A stretch of 64,000 nucleotides of DNA from an uncultured Gammaproteobacteria bacterium (GTDB lineage: Bacteria > Pseudomonadota > Gammaproteobacteria > UBA9214): positions 256,001 to 320,000 of the forward strand of contig CAVVHS010000008.1 in the NCBI GenBank assembly GCA_963748215.1, written 5' to 3'. The notes below the pieces were generated by a model. The model searched no databases and was not told where the DNA came from. It worked only from the letters and a program-made list of their open reading frames with translations. The translations under genes were made by a program, and so were the position numbers. Below are positions 1 through 12,578 of this stretch, piece by piece; position 1 is the stretch's first letter, and each line of letters begins with the position of its first letter.

Positions 1-267
1 GACCCTGCCGCCCCCTGCTATGCCTGCCTGTACCGGGACGGCGAGGAAACCGACCTGACCTGTTCAGAGAATGGCGTGCTGTCTCCGCTGGTGGGCGTGA
101 TCGGCGCGCTGCAGGCGCTGGAAGCCATCAAGGTCGTGCTGGACCTGGGTGAAAACCTGGCCGGCCGCCTGGTGCTGTTCGACGGCCTGACGCACGAATG
201 GCGCACCCTTACGCTACCGCGCGACCCGGACTGCCCGGTATGCGGCACGCGGCCATCGCCAGGCTGA
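1..267 (+). CDS. moeB: MoeB/ThiF-family adenylyltransferase, C-terminal part (5' end outside window)
   Basis: Frame 1 reads PCYACLY...TCSENGVLSPLVGVIGALQALEAIK...RDPDCPVC: two CxxC Zn motifs and the typical MoeB C-terminus. Confidence 0.85.
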   Translation, partial: DPAAPCYACLYRDGEETDLTCSENGVLSPLVGVIGALQALEAIKVVLDLGENLAGRLVLFDGLTHEWRTLTLPRDPDCPVCGTRPSPG

Positions 268-415
268 AGCAATAGACCATTTCGCGCCAGGCCGCAAAGT
301 AACACAACCGCTATTCACCACAGGGGTCACCGGGGACACAGAGAGTTCCTGTCTTTCTGTTCCTTCCGAAAATATGCAGGATGCGATGAGCCTGCGAAAC
401 GCATCATTCAGTTAA

Positions 416-526
416 GGAAGCTCTGATTTAATGCGTCATGCCGGCGAAGGCCGGCATCAAGGTCATTGAAAACACTGGATCCCGGCATACGCCGGGATGA
501 CGATAAGTGAATTAATCAGAGGTTCC
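416..526. mobile_element. MITE with IS5-like ends enclosing a REP-like palindrome
   Basis: Ends GGAAGCTCTGATT...AATCAGAGGTTCC, TTAA on both sides (412-415, 527-530); internal CGTCATGCCGGC-GAAG-GCCGGCAT and ATCCCGGC-ATAC-GCCGGGAT hairpins. Confidence 0.7.
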
Positions 527-617
527 TTAATATTATGCCCAGCGTCCTCTGCATGTCCTGTGGCATTTATGTTTTATTTTATCCTTGGGCCGTTGCATCC
601 TGGCGCGCGACATGGTT

Positions 618-1757
618 TTAAACCGCGAACCCCAGCCCGGCCAGCAACTGCCTATGCGCATCCGACAGCGGCGCATGGAGCAGCGGTGTCGCCGCAAACT
701 CGCGCCGCACCGGGTATTCCTTGCGCAACCGGTCGAAGTACGCAGGCTGCTGCTCCGGCTCGAGTTCGAGCAGCCTGCGCAAGCGCCGGTCATCAGTGCG
801 CACGTCATAGCAGCCCAGCACGGCGGCGCGCGCCAGCGACTCGTTATCATCGCCTGTTGCAGCACCGACATCGACCGGGGCAACCGGCGGCAGCTCGCTG
901 TGCACATCCCAGGAAAGCGGCTCACCGAGATAGTCACACGCCGCGCGGTAGATCATCTCGGTGCCGCGCAGCTTGCCATCGAGGCTGTAGCCGGCGATAT
1001 GCGGCGTACCCAGCGCCACCCTCTCGAGCAGTGGCAGGCTGATCGACGGCTCGCCTTCCCAGACGTCGAGCACCACGGCCAGGTCTGCGCGCGTCGGCAG
1101 CGTTGCCAGCAAGGCCGGATTGTCGGCTACCGCACCACGCGAGGTGTTGATGAAAACCGCGCCAGGCCGCAATCGCGCCAGAGCTGCCGCATCGATGAGA
1201 TGAAAAGTCGGGTGTTTACCGCCATGCTCGAGTGGTACATGCACGGTGACGATGTCACAGGCCAGCGCGTCATCCAAAGACACGAAATCATCCTTCGCGC
1301 CCGACGCCTGCAGTGGCGGGTCGTTCACCAGACATTCCATACCGAGCGCCCTGAGGCGCGCACGCACGCGGGAACCGACATTACCGCAACCGATGACACC
1401 GACGGTCCTGCCCGCCAGTGCAACACCCCGCTGTTGCGACAGCACCAGCAGCGCGCTGGCAACATACTCGGCGGCCGAGGTGGCATTGCTGCCCGGCGCC
1501 GTGGCAAAGCCGATGCCGCGAGCCGCGAGATAATCCATGTCCACATGATCGAAGCCGATAGTGGCCGAGCCGACGAAACGCACCCGGGAGCCGGCCAGCA
1601 GTTTTTCATCGACCCGCGTTACCGAACGCACCAGCAACACATCGGCGTCCGCAACCTGTTCCGGTTGCAGGCCACGGCCGCGCACCCGCGTCACCTCGCC
1701 CAGCGAACTGAACGCCTCCGTCACGCTGGGGATGTTTTCATCGGCAACGATTTTCAT
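618..1757 (-). CDS. pdxB: Erythronate-4-phosphate dehydrogenase
   Basis: MKIVADENIP start, LLVRSVT, GSATIGFDHVD, GxGNVG, DVWEGEP, TPHIAGYS motifs. Confidence 0.95.
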   Translation of the reverse strand: MKIVADENIPSVTEAFSSLGEVTRVRGRGLQPEQVADADVLLVRSVTRVDEKLLAGSRVRFVGSATIGFDHVDMDYLAARGIGFATAPGSNATSAAEYVASALLVLSQQRGVALAGRTVGVIGCGNVGSRVRARLRALGMECLVNDPPLQASGAKDDFVSLDDALACDIVTVHVPLEHGGKHPTFHLIDAAALARLRPGAVFINTSRGAVADNPALLATLPTRADLAVVLDVWEGEPSISLPLLERVALGTPHIAGYSLDGKLRGTEMIYRAACDYLGEPLSWDVHSELPPVAPVDVGAATGDDNESLARAAVLGCYDVRTDDRRLRRLLELEPEQQPAYFDRLRKEYPVRREFAATPLLHAPLSDAHRQLLAGLGFAV

Positions 1758-2047
1758 CACGCATCACGATCCAGAATCAGCCCCACGCTTGCGTCAGCGT
1801 GCAGACAGAACCCGGTTCAAACTGCTCACCGGAGCAGGCAGGAAAACCGGGTGCAGCGGTCCGTCTGGACACAACCTCGTTCGATCCAGAACACTCGATC
1901 AGTCTGCGAGCAAATATTGCATTCGGGACAACACGCATCATTCAGCGAATTCCAGTGGAAATCCGGGCGATACCGCTTGAGGAAACCGGACGAATACGCG
2001 ACCTGACCAGGACGCTGCAGGGCACCCGCCAGGCGCGTCCATATTGC

Positions 2048-2917
2048 CTATCCGAATACGACCGTCCTGTTTTCGTAGACCAGGATATTATGGTGCAGAT
2101 GGTGCCATACAGCGCGGGCCAACACCATCTTCTCGAGGTCGCGCCCCTTGCGGACCATATCCTCGACCGCGTCCTCGTGACTCACGCGCACAACATCCTG
2201 CTCGATAATCGGCCCGGCATCCAGCTCCGCTGTCGCGTAATGGCTGGTGGCGCCGATGATCTTCACACCCCGCTCGTGCGCGGAGTGATAGGGACGGGCG
2301 CCGGGAAATGCCGGCAGGAAGGAATGGTGGATATTGATAATGCGGTCGGGATAGTTGCCGACAAACCCGCCACTCAGTACCTGCATGTAGCGCGCCAGCA
2401 CGATGAAATCAATCCGGTACTGCTCCAGCAGTTCAAGCTGTTTTCGCTCCGTCTCTGCCCGGTTATTGCCGGTAACCGGCAGGTGTACATAATCAATACC
2501 CAGACGCCCCGCTGCGGCTTGCATGTCGCCATGGTTGCTGATTATCAGCGGAATCTCGACCTGCAACTCACCCGACTCGTACCGCGACAGGATATCGTAA
2601 AAGCAGTGTGGTTGTCTGGATACAAACAAGGCCATGCGCGGCACTTCATCAGAGAAATGCAGCCGCCAGATCATCGAGAAACGCCGCGCCACGAGTGTCT
2701 CGAAGTACTCGCCGATTTTCCCATGATCAATGACGAAGTCATGCAGGTCCCACTGGATGCGCATGAAAAAGACCTGGCGCTCCGCGTCTACGTGCTGATT
2801 CAAGTAAAGGATATTGCCACCGTTCTTGAAGATGAACTCGGTGACCGCTATCACAATTCCCTTCTGATCCGGGCAATGGATCAGAAGGATGGCGGACCTG
2901 GATCTCACATTGTTCAC
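2048..2917 (-). CDS. purU: Formyltetrahydrofolate deformylase
   Basis: N-terminal ACT domain (CPDQKGIV), LARYMQVLS, INIHHSFLPAF, GVKIIGATSHY motifs. Confidence 0.95.
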   Translation of the reverse strand: MNNVRSRSAILLIHCPDQKGIVIAVTEFIFKNGGNILYLNQHVDAERQVFFMRIQWDLHDFVIDHGKIGEYFETLVARRFSMIWRLHFSDEVPRMALFVSRQPHCFYDILSRYESGELQVEIPLIISNHGDMQAAAGRLGIDYVHLPVTGNNRAETERKQLELLEQYRIDFIVLARYMQVLSGGFVGNYPDRIINIHHSFLPAFPGARPYHSAHERGVKIIGATSHYATAELDAGPIIEQDVVRVSHEDAVEDMVRKGRDLEKMVLARAVWHHLHHNILVYENRTVVFG

Positions 2918-2951
2918 ATTGCCATCCCCTCTGTGGCGTTTTTTTGTTTAA

Positions 2952-3093
2952 GGAAGATCTGATCAATCCGTCATTCCGGGCGAACCCCGGACTTGATCCG
3001 GGGAGAGACCCGGAATCCAGGTGTTACAATTCAGGTCGCAACTGGATTCCGGCCTGCGCCGGAATAACGAGCATTGATTTAATCAGAGTTTCC
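2952..3093. mobile_element. Second MITE with IS5-like ends enclosing a REP-like palindrome
   Basis: Ends GGAAGATCTGAT...ATCAGAGTTTCC flanked by TTAA (2948-2951, 3094-3097); internal CGTCATTCCGG...CCGGAATCCAG...CTGGATTCCGG...CCGGAATAACG. Confidence 0.7.
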
Positions 3094-3150
3094 TTAACTT
3101 AGCGTCTTTACGTCTTGGTGCGAGTTGGTTTCTCTGCGCCTCCGCGTCTT

Positions 3151-3200
3151 TCGGCAATTGCTCCCGGCATTGCTCTACCTCCTACCTCCATGTAGTCGTG
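3151..3200 (-). repeat. Dispersed ~50-bp intergenic repeat
   Basis: Reverse complement CACGAC...GGAGGTAGAGCAATGCCGGGAGCAATTGCCGA nearly matches 25415-25464. Confidence 0.75.
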
Positions 3201-3211
3201 CGCGAGGTGAT

Positions 3212-4652
3212 TTATGACTGATCCAGTTTCTGCTTCAGCAGCTCGTTGACCTGCTGCGGGTTGGCCTTGCCCTGGGTCGCCTTCATCACCTGGCCGACGA
3301 AATAACCGAACAACTTTTCCTGGCCGCCGCGGTACTGTTCGATCTGTTTCGCGCTGCGCGCCAGCACCTCGTCGATGATGCCCTCAATGGCGGAGGAATC
3401 GGAGATCTGTTTCAGTCCTTTCCTTTCGATGACCTCGTCGGCACTGCCCTCGCCACTCCACATCGCCTCGAACACCTGCTTGGCGAGCTTGCCGGAGATC
3501 GTACCGTCGTCGATGCGCAGCAAGAGTTCACCCAGCGCCTGCGCACTCACCGGGCTGGCGGTGATATCGATAGCATCACGGTTCAGCGCCGCGGACAGGT
3601 CGCCCATCACCCAGTTGGCGGTCAGCTTGCCCGTTCCACCCGCGGCCGTGACGGCGGCCTCGTAGTAGTCGGCCAGCTCGCGCGCCGCGGTCAGCACGGC
3701 GGCGTCGTAATCGGACAGTTCGTATTGCGCAATGAAGCGCGCCTTCCTGGCATCGGGCAGTTCGGGCAATTCCGCACGCACCGCCTCGATGAAGGCGGCA
3801 TCGATCTCAACCGGCAGCAGGTCCGGGTCGGGGAAATAGCGGTAGTCGTTGGCCTCTTCCTTGGAGCGCATGGGGCGGGTTTCCATCTTCTGCGGGTCGA
3901 ACAGGCGCGTTTCCTGCACCACCTTGCCACCGCCCTCGAGGACCATCGATCTGGCGCTCGATCTCGTAGTTGATCGCCTGCTCGACGAAGCGGAACGAGT
4001 TGATGTTCTTCAGCTCGGTGCGCGTGCCGAATTCCGCCTGCCCTTTCGGCCGCATCGATACATTGGCGTCGCAGCGGAACGAACCCTCCTGCATGTTGCC
4101 GTCGCTGATGCCGAGGTAGCGCACCAGCGTGTGGATCTTCTTCATGTAGGCCACGGCCTCTTTCGCCGAACGCATGTCGGGTTCGGACACGATCTCCAGC
4201 AACGGCGTACCGGCACGGTTGAGGTCGATGCCGGTCATGCCGTGAAAATCCTCGTGCAGTGACTTGCCGGCATCCTCTTCGAGGTGCGCACGCGTGATCC
4301 CGATGCGCTTGCCGGTGCCGTCTTCCAGCTCGATATCCAGGTAGCCGTCATGCACGATCGGCAGCTCGTACTGGCTGATCTGGTAGCCTTTCGGCAGATC
4401 GGGATAGAAGTAGTTCTTGCGCGCGAACACCGAGCGTGGCGCCACGCTCGAGTGCGTGGCCAGCCCGAACTTCGCGGCCATGCGCACCACCTCGGCGTTC
4501 AGCACCGGCAGTACGCCGGGCAGCCCCAGGTCAACAGCGCAGGCCTGCGTGTTCGGGTCCGCGCCATAGCGGGTGGCGGCGCCGGAAAAGATCTTGCTCT
4601 TTGTGGCGAGCTGGGTGTGTATTTCCAGCCCGATGACGGTTTCCCATTCCAT
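3212..4652 (-). CDS. gatB: Asp/Glu-tRNA amidotransferase subunit B (one frameshift near 3945, probably a sequencing error)
   Basis: [34 protein letters not shown]; continues in another frame with [10 protein letters not shown] and [13 protein letters not shown]. Confidence 0.95.
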
Positions 4653-4669
4653 AAATTAAGACCTTTACC

Positions 4670-4955
4670 TCATCTCCCTCTCCCGGAGGGAGAGGGATGG
4701 GGAGAGGGGATCAGAACTGCAGGGTGCACGCAGCGCACACCGAATAAATTGCCTCAAAACCCCGGTGCACAAAGCGCACCCTACCGACTCGCTCTTCCCC
4801 TGCGGGGGGAGGGATGGGGAGAGGGGACTCATCGTTTACGCATCATATTGCTATTCATAACCTGCCGGTGCCCGCATGCGCCAGAACAGTAGGGTGCGCT
4901 ATGCGCACCGAATGAATTGCCTCAAATCGCCGGTGCGCACAGCGCACCCTGCCAC
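4670..4955. repeat. Cluster of REP-like palindromes between gatA and gatB
   Basis: Two CCCTCTCCC/GGGAGAGGG-type units alternating with two inverted pairs of (T)AGGGTGCRC...GCGCACC units. Confidence 0.75.
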
Positions 4956-4957
4956 CA

Positions 4958-6414
<1,457 letters not shown>

Positions 6415-6420
6415 GGCGCG

Positions 6421-6708
6421 CTACTCGATCACCTTCGGCACCAGGTACAGGCCTGCCTCGGTCTGCGGCGCCACGGCCTGGAAGGCCGTGCGCTCGTCCG
6501 TCTCGCTGACGATATCGGCGCGCAGCCGCTGGGTCGCCTCGAGCGGATGCGCGAGCGGCTGCACGCCGCTGGTATCCACCGCGTTCAACTGCTCGACGAA
6601 CGCCAGGATATCGGACAGGTTGCGGGAATACTCCGGGACATCCTGCGCCTCGATACCCAGCCGTGCGAGGTGGGCGATTTTTTCAACATCCGCGGCATCA
6701 AGCGCCAT
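6421..6708 (-). CDS. gatC: Asp/Glu-tRNA amidotransferase subunit C
   Basis: [17 protein letters not shown]...YLVPKVIE, directly upstream of gatA. Confidence 0.95.
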   Translation of the reverse strand: MALDAADVEKIAHLARLGIEAQDVPEYSRNLSDILAFVEQLNAVDTSGVQPLAHPLEATQRLRADIVSETDERTAFQAVAPQTEAGLYLVPKVIE

Positions 6709-6874
6709 GCCGGCTCCCTTGCTGATAGTCAGAAAAACAGGGCCGCAAAGGTAGCACAATCGCTGCACGAGAACATCACCACAGGCCGGCGCGGCAGCTA
6801 CCTCGGCGGACGAATTTCCCGTTATTTTCTTGCCCCGGACGTTCCCCGTTGTTAGATTAGCCGCTTCCTTTTGA

Positions 6875-7951
<1,077 letters not shown>

Positions 7952-8022
7952 GATACCCGTGACCGGAATACCGGTGGTCATGCACCGCCGGCATGCCATG
8001 CCATTGCCAGACGGAGTGCACG

Positions 8023-9033
8023 ATCAAGCTCATTTTCACACAAGGCCCATCCATCACCACGCGGCTGATCCTGTTTGCGGTACTGTCCGTGGTACTGATG
8101 GTGATGGACCACAAGTACAAGAGCCTGGAATCCTTGCGCGCCGGCCTGTCCGTCCTGGTCTACCCCATCCAGTTCACCATGGACGCGCCCGGCACCCTGA
8201 CGGACTGGTTCAGCGAATCCCTGTCCTCGCGCCGCCGCCTGCAGGAGGATAACGAAAGTCTGCGCACACAGCAGATGATGCAGCAGGTGCAGCTGCAGAA
8301 GCTGGCGGCACTGGAGGCGGAAAACATCCGCTTGCGGGAACTGCTCGATTCCTCGTTCAAGGTCGGCGAAAAGGTACTGATCGCCGAACTGCTCTCGGTT
8401 AACCTCGACCCGTACAAACACCAGATCGTGATCAACAAGGGCGAAATACACGGCGTCTACGCCGGCCAGCCGCTGCTCGACGCCAAGGGCGTCATGGGTC
8501 AGATCGTGCACGCCGGTCCCTATACCTCCACGGCCATGCTGATCACCGACACCTCGCACGCCATCCCGGTGCAGGTCAATCGCAACGGGCTGCGCACCAT
8601 CGCCATCGGCACCGGCACCATCAACCGCCTGGAACTGCCCTACATACCGAACAACGCGGACATCACGCCCGGCGACCTGCTGATCACCTCCGGGCTGGGC
8701 GGCCACTTCCCGCCGGGCTACCCGGTGGCCGAGGTCACGGCCGTGCAACACGACCCCGGGCATACCTTCTCGCAGGTCGCTGCCACCCCGCTTGCCGAAC
8801 TCAATCGCAGCCGCGAGGTGTTGCTGGTATGGCCGGGCAAGACCACCGTGCTTGACACGACGGACAAACCGCCGGCGCCGACTGCGGGGGACGCGACTGC
8901 GACCGCGGATACACCGCCGGACGGGACTCCGCCAGCCGGGGCCGTCCCGAATGCAACGCCTGCGGCAGAGACCCCGGCGCCTGCAGCGGCGGCGACACCC
9001 GCCGTACCGTCCCGCGCAGAGGACACGGAATGA
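8023..9033 (+). CDS. mreC: Rod shape-determining protein MreC (possible ATC start at 8023; upstream ATG at 7993)
   Basis: IKLIFTQGPS N-terminus, coiled coil ENIRLRELL, TSGLGGHFPPGYPV, Ala/Pro-rich tail. Confidence 0.93.
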   Translation: MKLIFTQGPSITTRLILFAVLSVVLMVMDHKYKSLESLRAGLSVLVYPIQFTMDAPGTLTDWFSESLSSRRRLQEDNESLRTQQMMQQVQLQKLAALEAENIRLRELLDSSFKVGEKVLIAELLSVNLDPYKHQIVINKGEIHGVYAGQPLLDAKGVMGQIVHAGPYTSTAMLITDTSHAIPVQVNRNGLRTIAIGTGTINRLELPYIPNNADITPGDLLITSGLGGHFPPGYPVAEVTAVQHDPGHTFSQVAATPLAELNRSREVLLVWPGKTTVLDTTDKPPAPTAGDATATADTPPDGTPPAGAVPNATPAAETPAPAAAATPAVPSRAEDTE

Positions 9034-9518
9034 CGCTGGCACGGCATCACGGTGGTGGCGCCATCGTGTTCACGTTCATTGTCGCCCTGCTGCTGACCAT
9101 CATGCCGCTGCCCGAATGGGCTCGTCACCTGCGCCCGGACTGGGTCGGCCTGGTGTTGATCTACTGGTGCATGGCAGTGCCGGAGCGGGTCGGCGTCGGC
9201 AGCGGCTGGTTCGCCGGCCTGCTGGTCGACCTGCTGACCGGCGCGGTACTGGGACGGCATGCGCTGGCACTCGCCGTCGTCGCGTTCCTCACCATCAAGT
9301 TCCATCAGCGCGTGCGGCTGTTCCCGATCCTGCAGCAGGCCTTCACCGTGCTGGTGCTGCTGGTGCTGCACCAGCTGATCGCGCTGTGGATCAGCCGTTT
9401 CATCGGCCGCCCGGGCGTACCGTTGCATTTCTGGATGCCGTCGCTGGTCGGCATGCTGATCTGGCCACCTGTGTACGGCTTGATGCGCGGCATCAGACAC
9501 GGCTTCAGGGTAAATTAG
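9030..9518 (+). CDS. mreD: Rod shape-determining protein MreD
   Basis: Hydrophobic, RPDWVGLVLIYW motif, position after mreC. Confidence 0.95.
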   Translation: MTLARHHGGGAIVFTFIVALLLTIMPLPEWARHLRPDWVGLVLIYWCMAVPERVGVGSGWFAGLLVDLLTGAVLGRHALALAVVAFLTIKFHQRVRLFPILQQAFTVLVLLVLHQLIALWISRFIGRPGVPLHFWMPSLVGMLIWPPVYGLMRGIRHGFRVN

Positions 9519-9527
9519 GTAGCAAGA

Positions 9528-11393
9528 GTGCCGACGCGGCTGACGCTGAAAGACCACCTGTACGAATCCCGCCTGATCATGCAGCGGACGATCCTGCTGC
9601 TGGTGATCGGCGGCCTGCTGTGCCTGGTCGTGTTCAGTCGCCTGCTTTACCTGCAGGTCGTCGCGCACGAACACTACACCACGCTGTCCGAGGACAACCG
9701 TGTCAAGCTGCAACCGATACCGCCCAACCGCGGCCTGATCTACGACCGCAACGGCATCCTGCTGGCGGAGAACCTGCCGTCCTACCGGCTGGAGATCACG
9801 CCGGAACAGATCGACGACATGAGTGCCACGATCGATGCGCTGGCGGAGATTCTGGAGATCCGCCCCAGTGACCGCACACGCTTCGAACAGCTCGTGCTGC
9901 GCAAGCCGCGCTTCGAGGCCATCCCGCTGCTGTTCCACCTGAGTGACGAGGAAGTCGCGCGCTTTTCGGTCAACCGGCACCGTTTCCCCGGCGTCGACAT
10001 CACCGCCGGGCTGGCACGTCATTACCCGCAGGGCTCACTCGCCGTGCATGCGCTCGGCTACGTCGGCCGCATCGACGAGCAGGCACTCAAGGTACTGGAC
10101 ACCTCCAACTACCGTGGCACCACGTACGTCGGCAAGATCGGCATCGAAAAGACCTACGAGGCGCTGCTGCACGGCAAGGTAGGCCTGCAGCAGGTGGAGA
10201 CCACGGCCCAGGGCCGCGTGCTGCGCGTGCTAAACCGCATGGCGCCGGAATCCGGCCGCAACCTCTACCTCACCCTGGATTCACGCGTGCAGCGCGCCGC
10301 CGAGGCCGCGTTCGGCGATTTCAGCGGCTCGGCGATTGCCATTGATCCGGAGAACGGTCACGTGCTCGCCTTCGTCAGCCTGCCGACCTATGACCCGAAC
10401 CCGTTCGTCAATGGCATCGAGCGCAGCGCCTATGATGCGCTCAGGAACAGTGACTACCAGCCGCTGTTCAACCGCGCCCTGCGCGGACAGTATCCGCCCG
10501 GCTCCACCATCAAGCCGTTCATGGGCCTGGCCGGCCTGGAACAGGGCGTCACCAGCAGCCATTCCAGCACCTACTGCCCGGGCTTCTATACCCTGCCGGG
10601 TAACGAGCGCAAGTACCGCGACTGGAAGCGCACCGGGCACGGCACGGTCAACCTGGACATCGCCATCACCCAGTCCTGCGACGTCTACTTCTACGATCTC
10701 GCCCTGTCGCTCGGCATCGATAACATCCATGACTATCTCGCCCACTTCGGCTTCGGCCGTGCCACCGGCATCGACATCCTCGGCGAACTGTCCGGCCTGC
10801 TGCCCTCGCGGGAATGGAAACGACGCCGCCACGACCAGCCGTGGTTTCCCGGCGAAACCGTCATTACCGGCATCGGCCAGGGCTTCTTCCTGGTGACGCC
10901 GATCCAGCTGGCGACCGCCACGGCGGCACTCGCCAACGGCGGCCACATCCTGCAACCCAACATCGTCTACGCCGAACAGGCCGCGAACAGCAGTGCGCTG
11001 ATCCCGTATGCCCCGCGCCTGCTGGAGAACATCACCATCAGCGACCAGCACCACTGGGACGACATTATCAGCGCCATGATCAACGTGGTGCACGGCGCAC
11101 GCGGCACGGCGCGGGCCATCGGCACCGACAGTCCCTACCGGATTGCCGGCAAGACCGGCACCGCGCAGGTGTATGGCCTGAAGGAGGAAGAGAAATACAA
11201 TGCCGCGGAGATCGACGAAAAGCTGCGCGATCACGCCCTGTTCATCGCCTACGCGCCGGTCGAGAAGCCGAAGATCGCGGTCGCGGTGATCGTGGAAAAC
11301 GGTGGTGGCGGCGGCTCGGTCGCGGCCCCCATCGCACGCAAGATCCTGGACGCCTACCTGCTGGGTAACAAACCACCGGAAAAGACACCATGA
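9528..11393 (+). CDS. mrdA: Penicillin-binding protein 2
   Basis: RGLIYDRNG, YPPGSTIK (SxxK), SCD, KTGTAQ. Confidence 0.96.
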   Translation: MPTRLTLKDHLYESRLIMQRTILLLVIGGLLCLVVFSRLLYLQVVAHEHYTTLSEDNRVKLQPIPPNRGLIYDRNGILLAENLPSYRLEITPEQIDDMSATIDALAEILEIRPSDRTRFEQLVLRKPRFEAIPLLFHLSDEEVARFSVNRHRFPGVDITAGLARHYPQGSLAVHALGYVGRIDEQALKVLDTSNYRGTTYVGKIGIEKTYEALLHGKVGLQQVETTAQGRVLRVLNRMAPESGRNLYLTLDSRVQRAAEAAFGDFSGSAIAIDPENGHVLAFVSLPTYDPNPFVNGIERSAYDALRNSDYQPLFNRALRGQYPPGSTIKPFMGLAGLEQGVTSSHSSTYCPGFYTLPGNERKYRDWKRTGHGTVNLDIAITQSCDVYFYDLALSLGIDNIHDYLAHFGFGRATGIDILGELSGLLPSREWKRRRHDQPWFPGETVITGIGQGFFLVTPIQLATATAALANGGHILQPNIVYAEQAANSSALIPYAPRLLENITISDQHHWDDIISAMINVVHGARGTARAIGTDSPYRIAGKTGTAQVYGLKEEEKYNAAEIDEKLRDHALFIAYAPVEKPKIAVAVIVENGGGGGSVAAPIARKILDAYLLGNKPPEKTP

Positions 11394-12514
11394 ATATCGC
11401 CATCGGCCGTCACCATGCAGACGCCAGCAAGCGCGGCTGGCAGTACCGCCTGCACCTGGACGCACCGCTGCTGTTCGTCCTGATCGGCGTGTGTACGTAC
11501 GGGCTGATCGTGCTGTACAGCGCCGGTGGCGGCAGCATCGAAATCGTCGAACGCCAGCTGGTGCGGCTCGCCATTGCCTTCACCGGCATGTTCGTCGTCG
11601 CCCAGGTGCCGCCGCGCCTGCTGCAGCGCCTGACGCCGTGGGCCTTCGTGATCGGTGTGCTGTTCCTGCTCGCGGTGCTGGTCATCGGCGAAACCAGCGG
11701 CGGCGCGCAACGCTGGCTCGACCTGTACGTGGTGCGCTTCCAGCCGTCCGAGATCATGAAGCTGGCCGTGCCGATGATGGTGGCCAGGTACCTGGCGGAT
11801 TCGCGCCTGCCGCCCAACCGCTGGCAGCTGCTGACCGCGGCGGTACTGATCGCGGTACCGATGCTGATGATCGCCAAACAGCCGGACCTCGGCACTGCCC
11901 TGCTGATCGCCAGCTCGGGGTTCTTCGTGGTGTTCCTGGCCGGGCTGCAATGGCGGCTGCTGGCGTTCTTTTCGTTGCTGACCACCGCCGCAATGCCGGT
12001 AATCTGGCACTTCATGCATGATTACCAGCGCCAGCGTGTCATCACCCTGCTGAACCCGGAAAGCGACCCGCTCGGCTCCGGCTACCACATCATCCAGTCG
12101 AAGATCGCGATCGGCTCCGGCGGGCTGTTCGGCAAGGGCTGGCTGAACGGCACGCAGTCACAGCTCGATTTCCTGCCGGAACGTTCCACCGACTTCATCT
12201 TCGCCGTGCTCGGCGAGGAATTCGGTTTCCTCGGCATCCTGCTGCTGTTCACGTTCTACGCCATTATCGTGGTGCGCGGTATGATGATCGCCATCCAGGC
12301 ACAGGACACCTACACGCGCCTGCTGGCCGGCAGTATCGCGATGACCTTCTGCGTGTATTTCATCGTCAACACCGGCATGGTGACCGGCCTGCTGCCGGTG
12401 GTGGGACTGCCGCTGCCGATGATCAGCTACGGCGGCACCTCCATCGTGACCATGATGGCCGGCTTCGGTATCCTCATGTCGATCCAGACACACCGCAAGC
12501 TGCTGGCGACCTGA
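11390..12514 (+). CDS. rodA: SEDS peptidoglycan glycosyltransferase RodA
   Basis: GAQRW, FQPSEIMK, QPDLGT, TDFIFAV, SYGGTS. Confidence 0.96.
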   Translation: MNIAIGRHHADASKRGWQYRLHLDAPLLFVLIGVCTYGLIVLYSAGGGSIEIVERQLVRLAIAFTGMFVVAQVPPRLLQRLTPWAFVIGVLFLLAVLVIGETSGGAQRWLDLYVVRFQPSEIMKLAVPMMVARYLADSRLPPNRWQLLTAAVLIAVPMLMIAKQPDLGTALLIASSGFFVVFLAGLQWRLLAFFSLLTTAAMPVIWHFMHDYQRQRVITLLNPESDPLGSGYHIIQSKIAIGSGGLFGKGWLNGTQSQLDFLPERSTDFIFAVLGEEFGFLGILLLFTFYAIIVVRGMMIAIQAQDTYTRLLAGSIAMTFCVYFIVNTGMVTGLLPVVGLPLPMISYGGTSIVTMMAGFGILMSIQTHRKLLAT

Positions 12515-12578
12515 CCCGGACAGGTTTCCGGAATTCGGTGTAGAATAGGCAGCCGGTCGTTTACTACAGGTACGTTGC

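Noticed and set aside
585-2962. Long plus-strand ORFs (473 aa, 387 aa) and similar antisense ORFs throughout
   Set aside because: Shadows of pdxB, purU and other genes, expected at high GC
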